A stretch of 64,000 bases of DNA from Tubiluchus corallicola (lineage: Eukaryota > Animalia > Priapulida): contig JAQGDQ010000036.1 in assembly GCA_030141605.1 (NCBI GenBank), positions 620,001 through 684,000 on the forward strand. The letters run 5' to 3'. Every line of letters starts with the position of its first letter. Position 1 is the stretch's first letter. A program made the position numbers and the translations under genes. The notes under the pieces are model-generated. The model did no database searches. It was not told the DNA's origin and saw only the letters and a program-made list of their open reading frames with translations. This document shows positions 1-12,643 of this stretch, piece by piece.

Positions 1-573
1 ACGTAGTATAATTATTAAAATGGCTACAATTTTCTTAAAGTCTTATTTCTCATTACCATTTTCAAAACCATTTTAGTTTTCATTTTTATTTCAGTATAGC
101 TATCAGTTCAGTATCCGTTTGGCTTTCGGCGAAAAATTACATGTACTATAAATTCTTTGTACAAAATTTTTGCCAGTTGCAAATTTCTCTGGTACCAGAT
201 TTACCTGTACCAAACTTGATGGTTCCAAACTTTCCTATATTCGGTTCATATAATAATAACATTATAACCTAACTGATTTTTCATCATACAGATTTAACTG
301 TTTTCAATTTTTCCTTCTACACTGAAAATAACAGGAAATAATATACTGGTTATTGATTGATTTTTTTTCTGATCTGTACTTTAAAAAAAATCAAGTCACC
401 TTTTAACACAACAGTAACTTTGATTTTTATGTAATATTATTATTTTACATGTGTTACATGGTAAAGCTGTAGACCTAGATCTGTATGCTACAGTTGAATG
501 GTAAAATACAACTTATGCACTGTCAAGTAACATAGCCAAGAGAAGTAACAATGATTTTTATCTTTTCTTGGAG

Positions 574-2705
574 GAAACAATAGAGCAAGCTCTGTGGTCA
601 TTGCTTTTGGTTGTAGCTGCGCCAATGACAGCTGCCGGAGTGTGTAATGGTGCTAAAGCATCACATATTATAGGTGTTGTGAGTATACATTTGTAGTTTT
701 ACTCTTCCATTTATGAAAACTAAAAAATAGTATGTGATACATTGCATTTTGCTTACTAATGATTACTTACTGCTCGGTGTACTGTAAGCTTGTACTCGAC
801 AGTAATGCTTATTTATTATGTTGATGGTTGTGGCAGTGTTAAAGCCTCGTTCATTGTCAAATGTGATCATTTAAGATAAAATACTGAACTTCCAGAGGTG
901 TCTTTGTTAAAATCAATAGAGGGAAAATGACAATTCAAAAGAACATCTATAAGTGTTTCTTGGTGGCTTCCATCCATTTAAAGCACAAGAAAACATTCTT
1001 CATAAATAAAGGTTAAAAAATTCATCAGATAACATTGCGTAAACGTAAAGTTTGAAAAAAATCAGGCCATTCGTAACAAACTCTCTTTTAACTTTAAATT
1101 ACTTTATATTGGCAGTAAGATCAATAATGTGGTTTTTTGGTGAATTAGTAGTGTACACGAGATGACGATGCCGTGCCATTTTATTGGGTGGCGCAAATAT
1201 TTTAAATTATTAAGAAATTTCTTAATAAAATTAAAAATTTCAGATTTTAAATGTTTCAAATAGGTTAGCGTAATGCTGAGTAATACAGTTAGTAACGGAA
1301 ATTTTTTGGGATATACTTTAAAATTCTCTTTTCTTACCTTCTAACAATGGGTGCGACCTAACATTCTGAATGCTGAAACTGGCCAGTCAGCTATAAGGTT
1401 GAAGTTTAGTGTTTCAACTGTCATGTTCACTGAAAAATGCAGTAGTCTAACTGAAGTGGCACCCTCCTTTTAAGCAGAAGGTCTCTTGTTCGAATCTAGG
1501 CTATTCAAGCTTTTTCATATTTCTTGTTCTTCAAAGTTTTATTTCAAAATCCAATTAATTGTTGGTTTGTGTCATCTTTAAAATAGTCTTGATATTAGGA
1601 TTCTAAACAGTTAATTCATCCAGTCCAGTTTACATTATGACTCTGTCACTGTTTAAGTAGGTGTAAGTGGTAGGAAGAAAATATTTCCAGAGGGAAAATT
1701 AATTTTATGTAGCATCTTCGAATCTTCGTGGCAAAACTGATATCTAGTTCTTTCTCACATGTAGTCATCTGAAATGATATACTGAACATGATAGATACTG
1801 ACATATGGTGGGAAATGTTATATTATGTTGTTACTTGATTGCTAATCAGACATGCTACATGCCTGCCTTGCAAAATTTATTCCTTACATAGCAATTTAGA
1901 AGTATGGGATTTGACATTTGCAAAGACTGTTATATAGTAGACTAATGACAATGGAGGAGAGTAAATAGAGAAAAAATTGACTTGTCACTCAAAACCTTTT
2001 ACGTAACGCCTGTTATTTTCACCTGTAGTTATCTGAGGGGAGATGAATTCTGTTCAAATTTTGATAATACATTGTTGTGTTATATGTTTATGTAAGCTAT
2101 AAGATGTAACTTATGAAACATTAGACTTGTATCTTATATGGGAAATTAGCAGCAATAACAACAACATTATATTTTTCAAAAATGTTTCACCTTCTCAAAT
2201 GGTAAATTCATTTATTTCTTACACTTCTTAGCCGTCCACTATTTAGCAGTTAATCACTAAATGACATTGACAGAAATGCTTTAATTACTAAAATTGCTAC
2301 AACATTCTGACACTGTAGTTTTTACCAGCAATGACTGTACTGACATTACTGTCGTAACATAGAAAAAAGGCCAGTTTCTACAAGTTACAAATACATTGCC
2401 ATAATATCCCCAAACTATATTTTTTACAGATTTTGGCCTTTACTGCCTTACTGGCATACGTTGTTGGTGTGATAACTGGAGTTTTAAACTTGAGGAGTGG
2501 TGCGTCATTTACTCATGTTGATGAAGCTTTGCCAAGAACTGCTCAGGTAGCATCACAGTCTGGAACAACCTCAAAGAGACCAGCTACATCAGCAACAACA
2601 ATTAGTAACCGAAGTATTGAGGCTGCTGTTCAAAACCCAAGAGCAATAGATCCTAAAATATCATCCTTGTATGATCCAAATACAGCATGGCAATCATCTG
2701 CTTGA
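574..2705 (+). CDS. MARVEL-domain tetraspan membrane protein (CMTM/plasmolipin/MAL-like), paralog A; last two exons only (574-678, 2430-2705), 5' exons lie outside the window
   Basis: ag|GAAACA..GTT|gtgagt exon = ETIEQALWSLLLVVAAPMTAAGVCNGAKASHIIGV; tttttacag|ATT exon = ILAFTALLAYVVGVITGVLNLRSG...WQSSA*. Phase-0 intron. Both exons align exon-for-exon with exons 3-4 of the downstream paralog (E..EQA.W, AP, IIG|IL.F.AL.A..VG). Confidence 0.85.
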
Positions 2706-2922
2706 TGTTTAATACAGGACCTGTATTATAAATTACAAAGCTTCTAAGATCATTTCATAGTGTTTTGTGTATTGTCAACGATCCCATAATCATTACACAT
2801 TATAAAATGGCTGTTACAAGACAGAAATTCAGCATAATTATACTAAAGATGGTTGTACTGTTCTTAGTTAGCTATGTTTTGTTTTGAAGTTAATAAAACT
2901 AAAACTTGGACGCTAAGACTTG

Positions 2923-3070
2923 AGCTAAGCATTCACTACCAGAAAGCGAATTTGCATCGAATCGAACCGAATTTCAGTATTTGGAATCAAATTCGAATTG
3001 ACTTTGAAAAAGCGGTCTTACACAGATCATGCATATTACTCGATTTTGTTCTGCAACAAAACCACTAATA
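2923..3070 (-). mobile_element. Partial copy of the TAGGGGTGAGCAT MITE in the 3'UTR region of MARVEL paralog A
   Basis: Reverse complement aligns with 60310-60498 (GCAGAACAAAATC.AGT.ATATGCATGATCT.TGTAAGAC; ATTCGCTTTCTGGTA). Confidence 0.65.
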
Positions 3071-5439
3071 ATTTGTTTAAAAATTGTGCTTAGAAATCCC
3101 TGCTAAATTGTGCCAGTTGTGTGATGTTTCAAACGTTTGGAAACTTTTTGGCAGAATACCCGATCACTGAAATTTGTATAAGTTATGTGACTGATTAGAC
3201 CTACATATCATTTGTACAAGACCTAATAATTATAAAAATAATAATTCTTTTATAATAATGTATTATAGTGACTATTTCTAATATTTACTGATGTGATTAT
3301 TGTGCTGTTATTCTTGAGAAATTCCTTATTTATACCTTATTTATACATTATACCTAAATGTTTTGGTCCAATGTATATAAAATTGTTTTTGTCTTTTACA
3401 ATTATTATTTACAAATATTTCCAATTGTATTAAATCAATAATTTCATTAATCTATTTTCATATATGTTATCATTTATTTTCCAAGAAAAATGTAATGTTT
3501 TTTTGTTTTAGTTGATTAGTCCTATTTGTCGGAAAATTTACTTTTTTCCATATTAACAAAATAAACATTTAAAAAAGCGTTTTTAAATGCACTATATATA
3601 AAATTGCTGTATACACCAGCAACAGTATTAAAATGCTATTTAACCTGCCTTGCGTAACACTATCTGGTGTACTGTAACCACATGTAACCTAAGTGTTTCG
3701 AATTATGTGGATAAATATTGTATGAAGCTCAAAAGTGACCAATCTGTAACCGATGTGTTAGTAAGTATCTAAAACTATGAACTCATTGTTTATAGCAGAC
3801 TCTAACTATATAATGTAGGCCTATGTGCTGTTAAGTATTTGAGTGACTATAAATAGTGCCATAATAATAATAGTGGTATGGTTTAATCCACATATTGTGC
3901 TTGCACTAAGATTGTGAATTTGAAATGTTAAATCAAAATATGAACTGTTTGATTGTGGTAAAAAAATAACAACTGTAGTTTGGTAATCTAAATTTATAAT
4001 GTAATTAAAAGTGCAATAAAAGAGAGACGTGTTCCTGCTAAGTCAAATAAATTGTATTTTGACTGTGATCAGTATATATACATCAACTTGTTACTGTTTT
4101 ATTATAACTATTTCCTGATTAATTTGTTTTCATGGCATAATCGACGGAAGTCACGTAAGAACAAACAAATCAATACCCACTAAGGTTTAAGCATGATGCA
4201 ACTATCTTGACTGCAGAAAAATACATAATTAAAATTAATACATAGTACTGTTTTCAGTACTCAGACAGGTTAGTTAAAAATAGTCAAGTCTTTTAGGTAA
4301 CATGTTTCAGAAATAGAAACGAAATTTCTCACCACTATTCATTAACTAAATAAAAATGATGGTGACTCATCAACCCTTGTGATCACGATACTCAGTTCTG
4401 GCAAGGTGAAAACGTAATGAGTTTCGCTATTTGCGGCTCTTTTCTTGTGATCAGCTCAAATTTGGTAAAGCTAGGGGCTTAAACTCTCCAGTTTTGGTTA
4501 CAAAGATTGTAAAAATTAGGTTATCGATAAAGAATTTCTAAAAACTGTTAAGAATACGAAAATTAAAACAAGGTTTCAAATTGTAGTATCACATTATTTA
4601 CACATAAAATACACCAATATTGTACAGCGTGTGGAAGTACTTATTTGTAAGCCCTCTACTCACCAGTGGTACAAAGTCCGCATTCGCAAGTTCACATTTT
4701 TACTCGCTACTATTGATAATAATAGCGAGACCCTGAGGGTGTGTGTATAAATCACTTCAGTTAAAATATCTCGTTTTTAGTGAATATAATTGTATTACTC
4801 GAACGCTAAAAGTGAGTGAACTTGATTTAAATTAAAATTGACAGTGTAAAGCAGTCAGTTTTTTATTTTACAACTGCTTCAAATATTTGCGCTTTCTTAA
4901 TCTTGAAAATCATGAAGTAAAATTAGACCTATTTATGTTAAACAAGATAGATATTAAAATACGTCTTTAAATAAATTTGTCATTTACCTATCTAACATAA
5001 ATAGCTATAGTGTCGCAAATTAAAAATGTCGATTGTTTTTAGAAGTGTGTTACCCAAGGCAAAGTGCGATAATGCAAAACTTGCAATGACATTTGAATTA
5101 TAGTAGGATTGGTGAAAAATGTAACTTGGTCGCAGTTTATAATAACATTTTTGATCGCCGTGTCTGTCACTAGGCTTACATTGATAATTTACAACCAATA
5201 TGTAATAAAATCTATGGTATAAGCCTGCATTGATAAACTGATTCTGTCCATCCCATGTCGTTTGTTAAGATGATTTATCAATGTAATACATTACAACATT
5301 ATGTAACAAAAATGCTACATTAGGTAGCAGATTTTACGTCATTACATATACCAATCATTATGTTTCAAAAATGATACAATCATTATGTGACAGTCTAGAT
5401 ACAATCATTATGTGGCAGTCTAATGTAGTGTAGTTTAGA

Positions 5440-5991
5440 GGTCTGTGGTTAAGTCTTGTCATGGTTTATATAGTGCGTAGGGTATATTGGACTGGATCAG
5501 TTTCATTCTGTTGTAGATGTGGTCTGGCACCGGCTCGGTGTGATTTGGTCTGTCTGATGTCTGGATTGCTAGAGTAGAGTTCTGTTCTGTGACTGGGTTG
5601 GGGTTGTAATGTCGTCACAAAAGTGACCGTATTTGGAAACTGAAATATCATGCTCATTTACGACCTGCGTACTAGTCTGTAGTATTTTATATAATTGTTC
5701 GAAATTTCAATTTCCTACATGTTTACATGCACTATTATATCATAATATGTCGCAGTATTTTATAACTACAGTAATTGTTGTCGGGTAAATATGAATCGGT
5801 GACGATAAATAGGGCATATTCAGTCTTATATCGTTGACCGATGCCACTTAGCCAGAATAGACCACAGTCAGACTGCCCAGACTAGATTTCTGGCAGACCA
5901 GACCCAAGATTGAGCCACGTCTAGAACAGAAAATCTGCCCCAGTCCAGTAAATAGAGCAAACCAGACCGTGACAAGACCAAGCCGCAGACC
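5440..5991. mobile_element. Long-TIR (foldback-like) element with GTCTG/CAGAC-rich arms
   Basis: 5440 GGTCTGTGGTTAAGTCTTGTCATGGT is the inverse of ACCGTGACAAGACCAAGCCGCAGACC ending at 5991; arms about 150 bp; related arms at about 20470-20600 and 22200-22380. Confidence 0.65.
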
Positions 5992-7480
5992 GTGAAAATA
6001 ATAATGCACTAAAAAGACGGTTAACCAAAATAGAGTTTTTTATTTTTGACTGCAAATAATGTATAGGTAGGCAATTTTTGTGAAGTCAAATATAGCACTA
6101 AATCATTCAGCAAGCTAAAGTACCACTCAGCAGGTATGAAGACAAAGGATACTGTTCGTGAACAGCTCGACGAGAAGGAGAAACCAGAGTTTTTGTAAGG
6201 GGAATCAAATTGATAGAGATTATTGATACAAGGGCAGAAAGAACCATTGACGTACACGAGATTTCTGTGGAGAATATTCAGCAGGTTATAAAGTGACAAA
6301 TTGAATAGATATGATTATGCGTTATTAATAACCAAAGTCCATAAGGTCGGGAGTTTCACTTCTATTGTTCGATTGGAATGCCTGTTTCATAAACAACTAA
6401 CTTATATTACCCAGATACAACAGATGTAATAACTCCGGATTTTATGACCTTTGATAATTAATAATACATAATAACAGCCATCCCATTTGTTACTTTACAA
6501 CCTGATCAATAGATCACAAATTTCTCCGGAACTTGTGTGCGTCAATACCCGACATGCTTGTTTCTACCCTCTTATTGGATACACTATATCGATTTGATTA
6601 CCCTTATTAAATCTGTGGTTCCTACTCTCTGAGCAGTTCGTGAATAGTCTCCTTCATACCTGTTGTGTGAGACTTTGACTTGTTGATTTATTGTTATACT
6701 TGGCTTCAAAAACAACTTGAAAACAGTAATACAAACTAGCTCCATATTGAACAAAGTAAGATAAGGTCTCAGGGTTCGTATTAGAATCACACCATATTAA
6801 CTGACCTTAATATGAAGACTGAAACCTTATAGTTACCCTATTCAGGTTTTTCCAAATTGCTCAGTTTCTTGTCTATTTACTAGCTACTTACTCCCGATTT
6901 CCCATCATTTAGCAGATCACCAAATCCTAAGCCTTGCGAGAGTTGAGACACTTAGCATAGCAGTTTCAATAATTATTATAAGACTGTGCTCAACAAATCG
7001 GTTGTGCTTAACGTGAAATTAAACAATAAAGAAATCAGAATACAACCTATCACACATGTAAGACCGGCAGCTGTTTCAATTTTCCCAATACGAGAATTCA
7101 GATTCACATGAAGACTTGAAACCATGTAAATTAAGTTTCAGAAAATAAATAAAACAATAATGAAGTTGATATAAATATAATCTGATCGTGGAGACAGAAA
7201 TCTCAATACAAGTTTTTTAATGTTAGCATACTAAAGTTATTTTTCAAAAACTGCAATTATTGTACGTTAAAAATGTAATCAAATAAAAGAATCAAATTAC
7301 ACATACATTGTTGAAATGTTTAACGTTGACATGTAGTGGCCTTTATATTTTCATTGTCAATTTAGTGCGATGCAGAATTTAAAAAACGTTTTTGTTGCAA
7401 ATTAATTTATTACGTTATATTTTTGCGGTACTGCGTTTGTATTCACATATTCTGAACATTTGTTTTTCAGCGAAAAACCA

Positions 7481-10400
7481 ATGGCTATAAACACATTCTA
7501 TATAAGAAATCTCAATGGAATTTGCAGACTAGTTCAATTCGTAAGTCACTGCTTACTCACTCTATTTTTACACTACCTGGAGGCTTGTTTCTAGCTGATA
7601 TTCATCCAGCAAAGTAAATGCTGAATTGGCATGGCTTCATAAACGATGAAGACAGACTTGATTGCATATCATTTCTGTAAGTTAACAGGTTAATAGAACT
7701 GTGATATGCTTTCTCAAATCCTTCATATTACGGTCATGTTAGCCTATATCCTACTGTTAGTAAATATGATTTTGAAGCCATTCTAAATAGCCATTCACTG
7801 TCTTTCTTATTGCATCTTGCGTTGTTTATCGTCAAATGTGTTAATAAACCTTAACAATTATTAAGCGAGGTTAGGTTATTAGCTCTAGCTCTAGCATAAA
7901 TGTGCATTTCGTTTTTTTTCGTTCATAGCCTTGTCTTTTTATCTATTAGTAATTTTGTTGATTTAATTATTTATTTAGTTATCTCCATTAGTTGTCTATT
8001 AATAATTTTGCTAATCACCTTGGAAGTACCGTTTCATGATTTTAATGTTTCCAAGTTAAAAAAAATCAGTTTTTATCTCATCTCGCTGCATCTCGTTCTG
8101 CCGCATCCCTTCTCGTTCTGTCTCGTCATCATCTCATCTCATCTCCATGCTTTCAAGAGGTCTACTCCACAAAGTTTAATCGCGTTGCATCCACAAGAGT
8201 TTCAAAGCAAGGTTGTGTGATAAAATGTCGTTCGAATGAGATGAAATTATGGCCATAAAGTTGAACTTGATGGATTTAAAAGCTAATTTTAAAAATTGAT
8301 AGGAAGCTGACTTAAAATGTTCATTCTGCCATTTTGCAAACGATACTACAGAACATATTTTTGAAAATACATCGATATACATTAATAGATGTGTGTTATC
8401 GTGCAAGATATAAGTGAAACCAATATTGATAAATTAATAAAAGTTGGAATATGTTTTAAGGAGCTGTTGCAGTTAAAGATATAAAGAATGACGAGTAAAC
8501 AGTTAGTTATACACCGAGCGAAAAGTTAGCATTTACGTGTATTTCTAAAGTGAATAAAATACGTATCTTTGATCTTGCAAACTGGCACTTTTTATTAATA
8601 CCAGTTTGCTCACCAATTTGGTGAAGAGAATCGAGCGTATCGACTATATGCGCTTTAATATGTCTCAGGAATTCCCAACCAGGGGTGCTGGTCAACAATT
8701 CAGGGGTTCGAAAACTCGGATTTGGCAATTTACAAATTATTACTGTCAGTAAGTTAAGTTCCGCGATTTTTCTTCTTATCAACCCTTATCCATATTTTCC
8801 TTTTCACTTTTCACTTTTTATTTATAGCCATTTTAGAGTTAGCGACGTTAGTCTTACAAGGAGTGATTTGAATAACAAAAGCAAAACATAATAATTTTGA
8901 TATTAAGCCAATTTTTTTTATTTATGTTCTTTGTCGTACTTACCTTACCCAATTTTTGCTATCTCATCGTCATTTTGACACATGTATTCACTCTACTGGT
9001 ATTCATTGTACTCTACTGTAAATGAAACTAATTGAAATGATTATTCAATGACTCATAAACCATAAGGAAGTGAAGTCTAGCATAGCTGCGTAACGTCCAA
9101 CAAAATCTAGCAAACGTATAATTTGCACGCTTATCATTTTCCCAGCAATAATATTTTTTCATAATGGATCGCAATCCTGTCAAAACCCCTTTATCTATAG
9201 TGTGGAGTTATATTTGTTGTTATAATATTAAATTATTGTCCATTGCAGATCTGTCTGTTTGCTTCGTTTATCGCAGTATTTGCTAATAACTGTAACATCA
9301 AGGCACGAAGAGGATGGTGGGGATTTTGCTGCTGGGGAGGAATGATTACATGCGTATCTTTCTACCTTATTCATCTCTTTTTCGTACCTGTAAAAGTCCC
9401 CACTGTTCCCTGGCGATTTCTTGTGAGTATTGGATTAAAGTGAATGCTATATTTGTAGAAGTAGAAAGTTGAACAACATGTTTATTGAGCGTAGGCGATC
9501 GACTGTTGCAGTCGAAACGATCGTCTACACTCAATAAACATGTTGTTTCCTAGTGGCTAGCTCTTTTACCCTGCTGGTTTGTTATTAACAGTGCCAATTT
9601 TACTGAATTAGGCCTATACTTGATGCCCTCCACTGTCCACGAACTTTTATGTAAAATCGTCCCGTGCAGTGTCCGGCTAACCAACGCGGCAACGCCTATA
9701 TCCATTTGACAGTTTGGTATTTTTCTATTGTATTGCATTTGCATCGAAATATTAGTCTCTATATTAATACTGTTAATATTTGAACGCCACTGTCACCACT
9801 GTGCAAAAATACCTACGACCTTCCAAAGTAGGGAACTTCAGTGATTGCTTTACTTCTAGTAGTTCAACACTTTTTATTTGTTTGTGATGATTTGATCCTG
9901 ATGTTATGGTCTGTCGTGTTTTGGAACAGCATGAAACCATTTCTTAAAATTAGGTAAAATTAGTTTTGTATAGCATTATTTGGCTTGAGCTGTCAGTTGC
10001 TTTGATTTGCCTGAGATATGGAGTGCTTGAAACGATTTCGATAGAACTTTATGGCCTAAACTTTTATATATCTAGGAGCTAAGTTTTCGAATGCTCACTT
10101 ATTTAATACCATAAAACAATCACTATTTTTAATTCACAAACTTTAAATGTTGCGTTAATATTGCTAATAAATTCCCGTTGCTCAGAATAATTTGTGATGC
10201 TCTTTGAATTTTATTAGAATTATTTTACGACTAAATGTAAATTTCGTTGATAAAAACCAGTTTCAGTGGCAACTAGATCATGCTTACAGAGGGTGCACGG
10301 CAAGTTTAGTACTCGGAAAGTTTGGTACTATGAAAATATATTTTATATAACCTACTCGAACAAGTTATAGAAGGCTCATATTGTTGCATTTTTTATTTGT

Positions 10401-12547
10401 TTTTTTGTTCGCTTCCTCTTTGTTTGTTTGTCTGTTGTTTGTTATTTGTCATAGTTGTTGTTATTTGCCTTTTCTCGCTCGCTCTTTTGTTGTGATTATT
10501 ACCACCACTACTACTACTACCAACACCAACACCACCACCACCATTACCACCGCTTTTCTAAACATTTGGAAAAAAAACAACATCGAGTTTCTTCAAGTTT
10601 TTAGTGAAATGAAATGACTTGGTGAAATTGACAAGGGACTTGTCTGGCAAGGTAATTACAACGACGCTTATTGTGTTTATCTATACGCTCATTAGTATCG
10701 TATTCTCCACAATGGGGCTACTTACATGCATAATCTGTAGACGCAAATACCCGGACGCTATTGCACGTTCCGATTTTGGGGATCTAGTAATATGTAAAAA
10801 TGCTATAGATGAATACCACATGGATGAAGTATCGGGCCAAAAGTTGCCAAATAGTATTGTTATCCATGAGATAGACGGCAAAAAATACTCACTTATACAC
10901 AATGAACTCAATTCTTTTGTACAAAATCAGCTTGATAGTGGTGTACCAGCACCTAATTTAACAGAGGTTGTACACAATTTTTACACGGACGAACAAAGTG
11001 AGGAGGCCAAAGCCTTACTTACCTGTCTTATACCTGATGACATATGCTTTAGATCTGACTTTAGACGAAACAAAATCAGAAGCAAAACCGCGAAGCTTTA
11101 ATCTCAACTGAATCCTGTCATCCACTAAGCCGGATATGGCAGCAAATGATTTATAAATAATAATGATAATCTTTATTTAAAGACAGCTTTTGTGCATAAC
11201 AATTAGTAGTATTCAAGATCTCAAAAAGCTTTTTTTGCAAAAACAAGATTTGGCCTACAAAACGAAAAGCAATTTCTGATGACATATTTCAGGATTTTCA
11301 GCTAATGCAATAGGCCTGTTATGGATAGAGAAAAGCCATTGAAATTTTTTGCAGTTTCTTCTCAAAATATTCCACCAATGTCATTAAAGAGTATAGACAT
11401 AATTGTCATATTGAAGCGTTTGCAATCTGTGCAGCAAGACCTAGCACACCTGAAGGCTATCAGTGTAACAAAATATAACTAAATAGACTTTTCTCTAAGT
11501 ATCCAGTAGTAAGAAATAGTGGGCAAAAACAAAGAAGTCACGTTAGCGCTGTGGAAGAAATGTCTGGCAATCACGAAAACATCCTTACTACGTTTAGCGA
11601 AGGTTGCTCTTCCGGGGATGCAGGAAAAAAATACAAACCTAATTAGTCGCCAAAAACACTTCAGAAGTAAATAAGGGCAATGAGGACGGTGCAGGCGTTG
11701 ATGACAATGGGCTCACAGTAAAGAAAGCAAAAGGGAAGCGAAAAACAGAGGCTCCGGCCAAAAGGGTTCAAAGCGTACTATCACAGGTGTGGCAAACGCA
11801 GAGGGTACGCTACTTGAGTCTAACAGGCCATTTGCGTCGGGTTTTTGTTACAAGGCTAGATCCATATACGACTGTAACAAACTTAGAGGAATTTTTATAT
11901 ACTAATCGTGGTGTGGAGGCCGAAATAGAGCAATTACGGGCTACGTACGCGGACTCGTATTCATCTTTTATTATCAATTGCCGGAGCAACAAGGAGCGTG
12001 ATATCGTTATGGATCCTGAGCTCTGGCCGGTGGGAACACTTATAAAGCCTTACTACATATAAAAAAAACACAAATACTCACCCTGCTTCTCGAAACAGAA
12101 AAGTATACTCTTGCCTTACAGGAAAAAAAGCAGAGGCGCAAATATCAATTCGCACGATGATTGGATTAGGGTCAAATCTTAACCCATCTGAAAAGCTTCC
12201 AACAATCCCAAATGATGAGCAGTGACACGAGACTAAGAATTGTAAGCTCATGCCATACCTAGCGTTGTGTGTATGCGTAGACTCGTGAATAAAACAGCTA
12301 ACAATTTTCTTAGTTGCACAGCATTATTTTACTCAATAACAAGATGTAGTTTCAAGCCACAGGTGAATCTAAAAAAAACATAACGAATAGCATGTATAAC
12401 AGTTATAATCAGTATGACTGTGCAGAACAGTACAGAAAATATAACAGTACAGAAAAAATCAGGTACAAAAAAGCAAGTGGTCATCCACTCAATATAGGTG
12501 TAGTCACATTGTTGTTTAAATTTCACCAAAAAATTAACAGACAAAAG

Positions 12548-12643
<96 letters not shown>

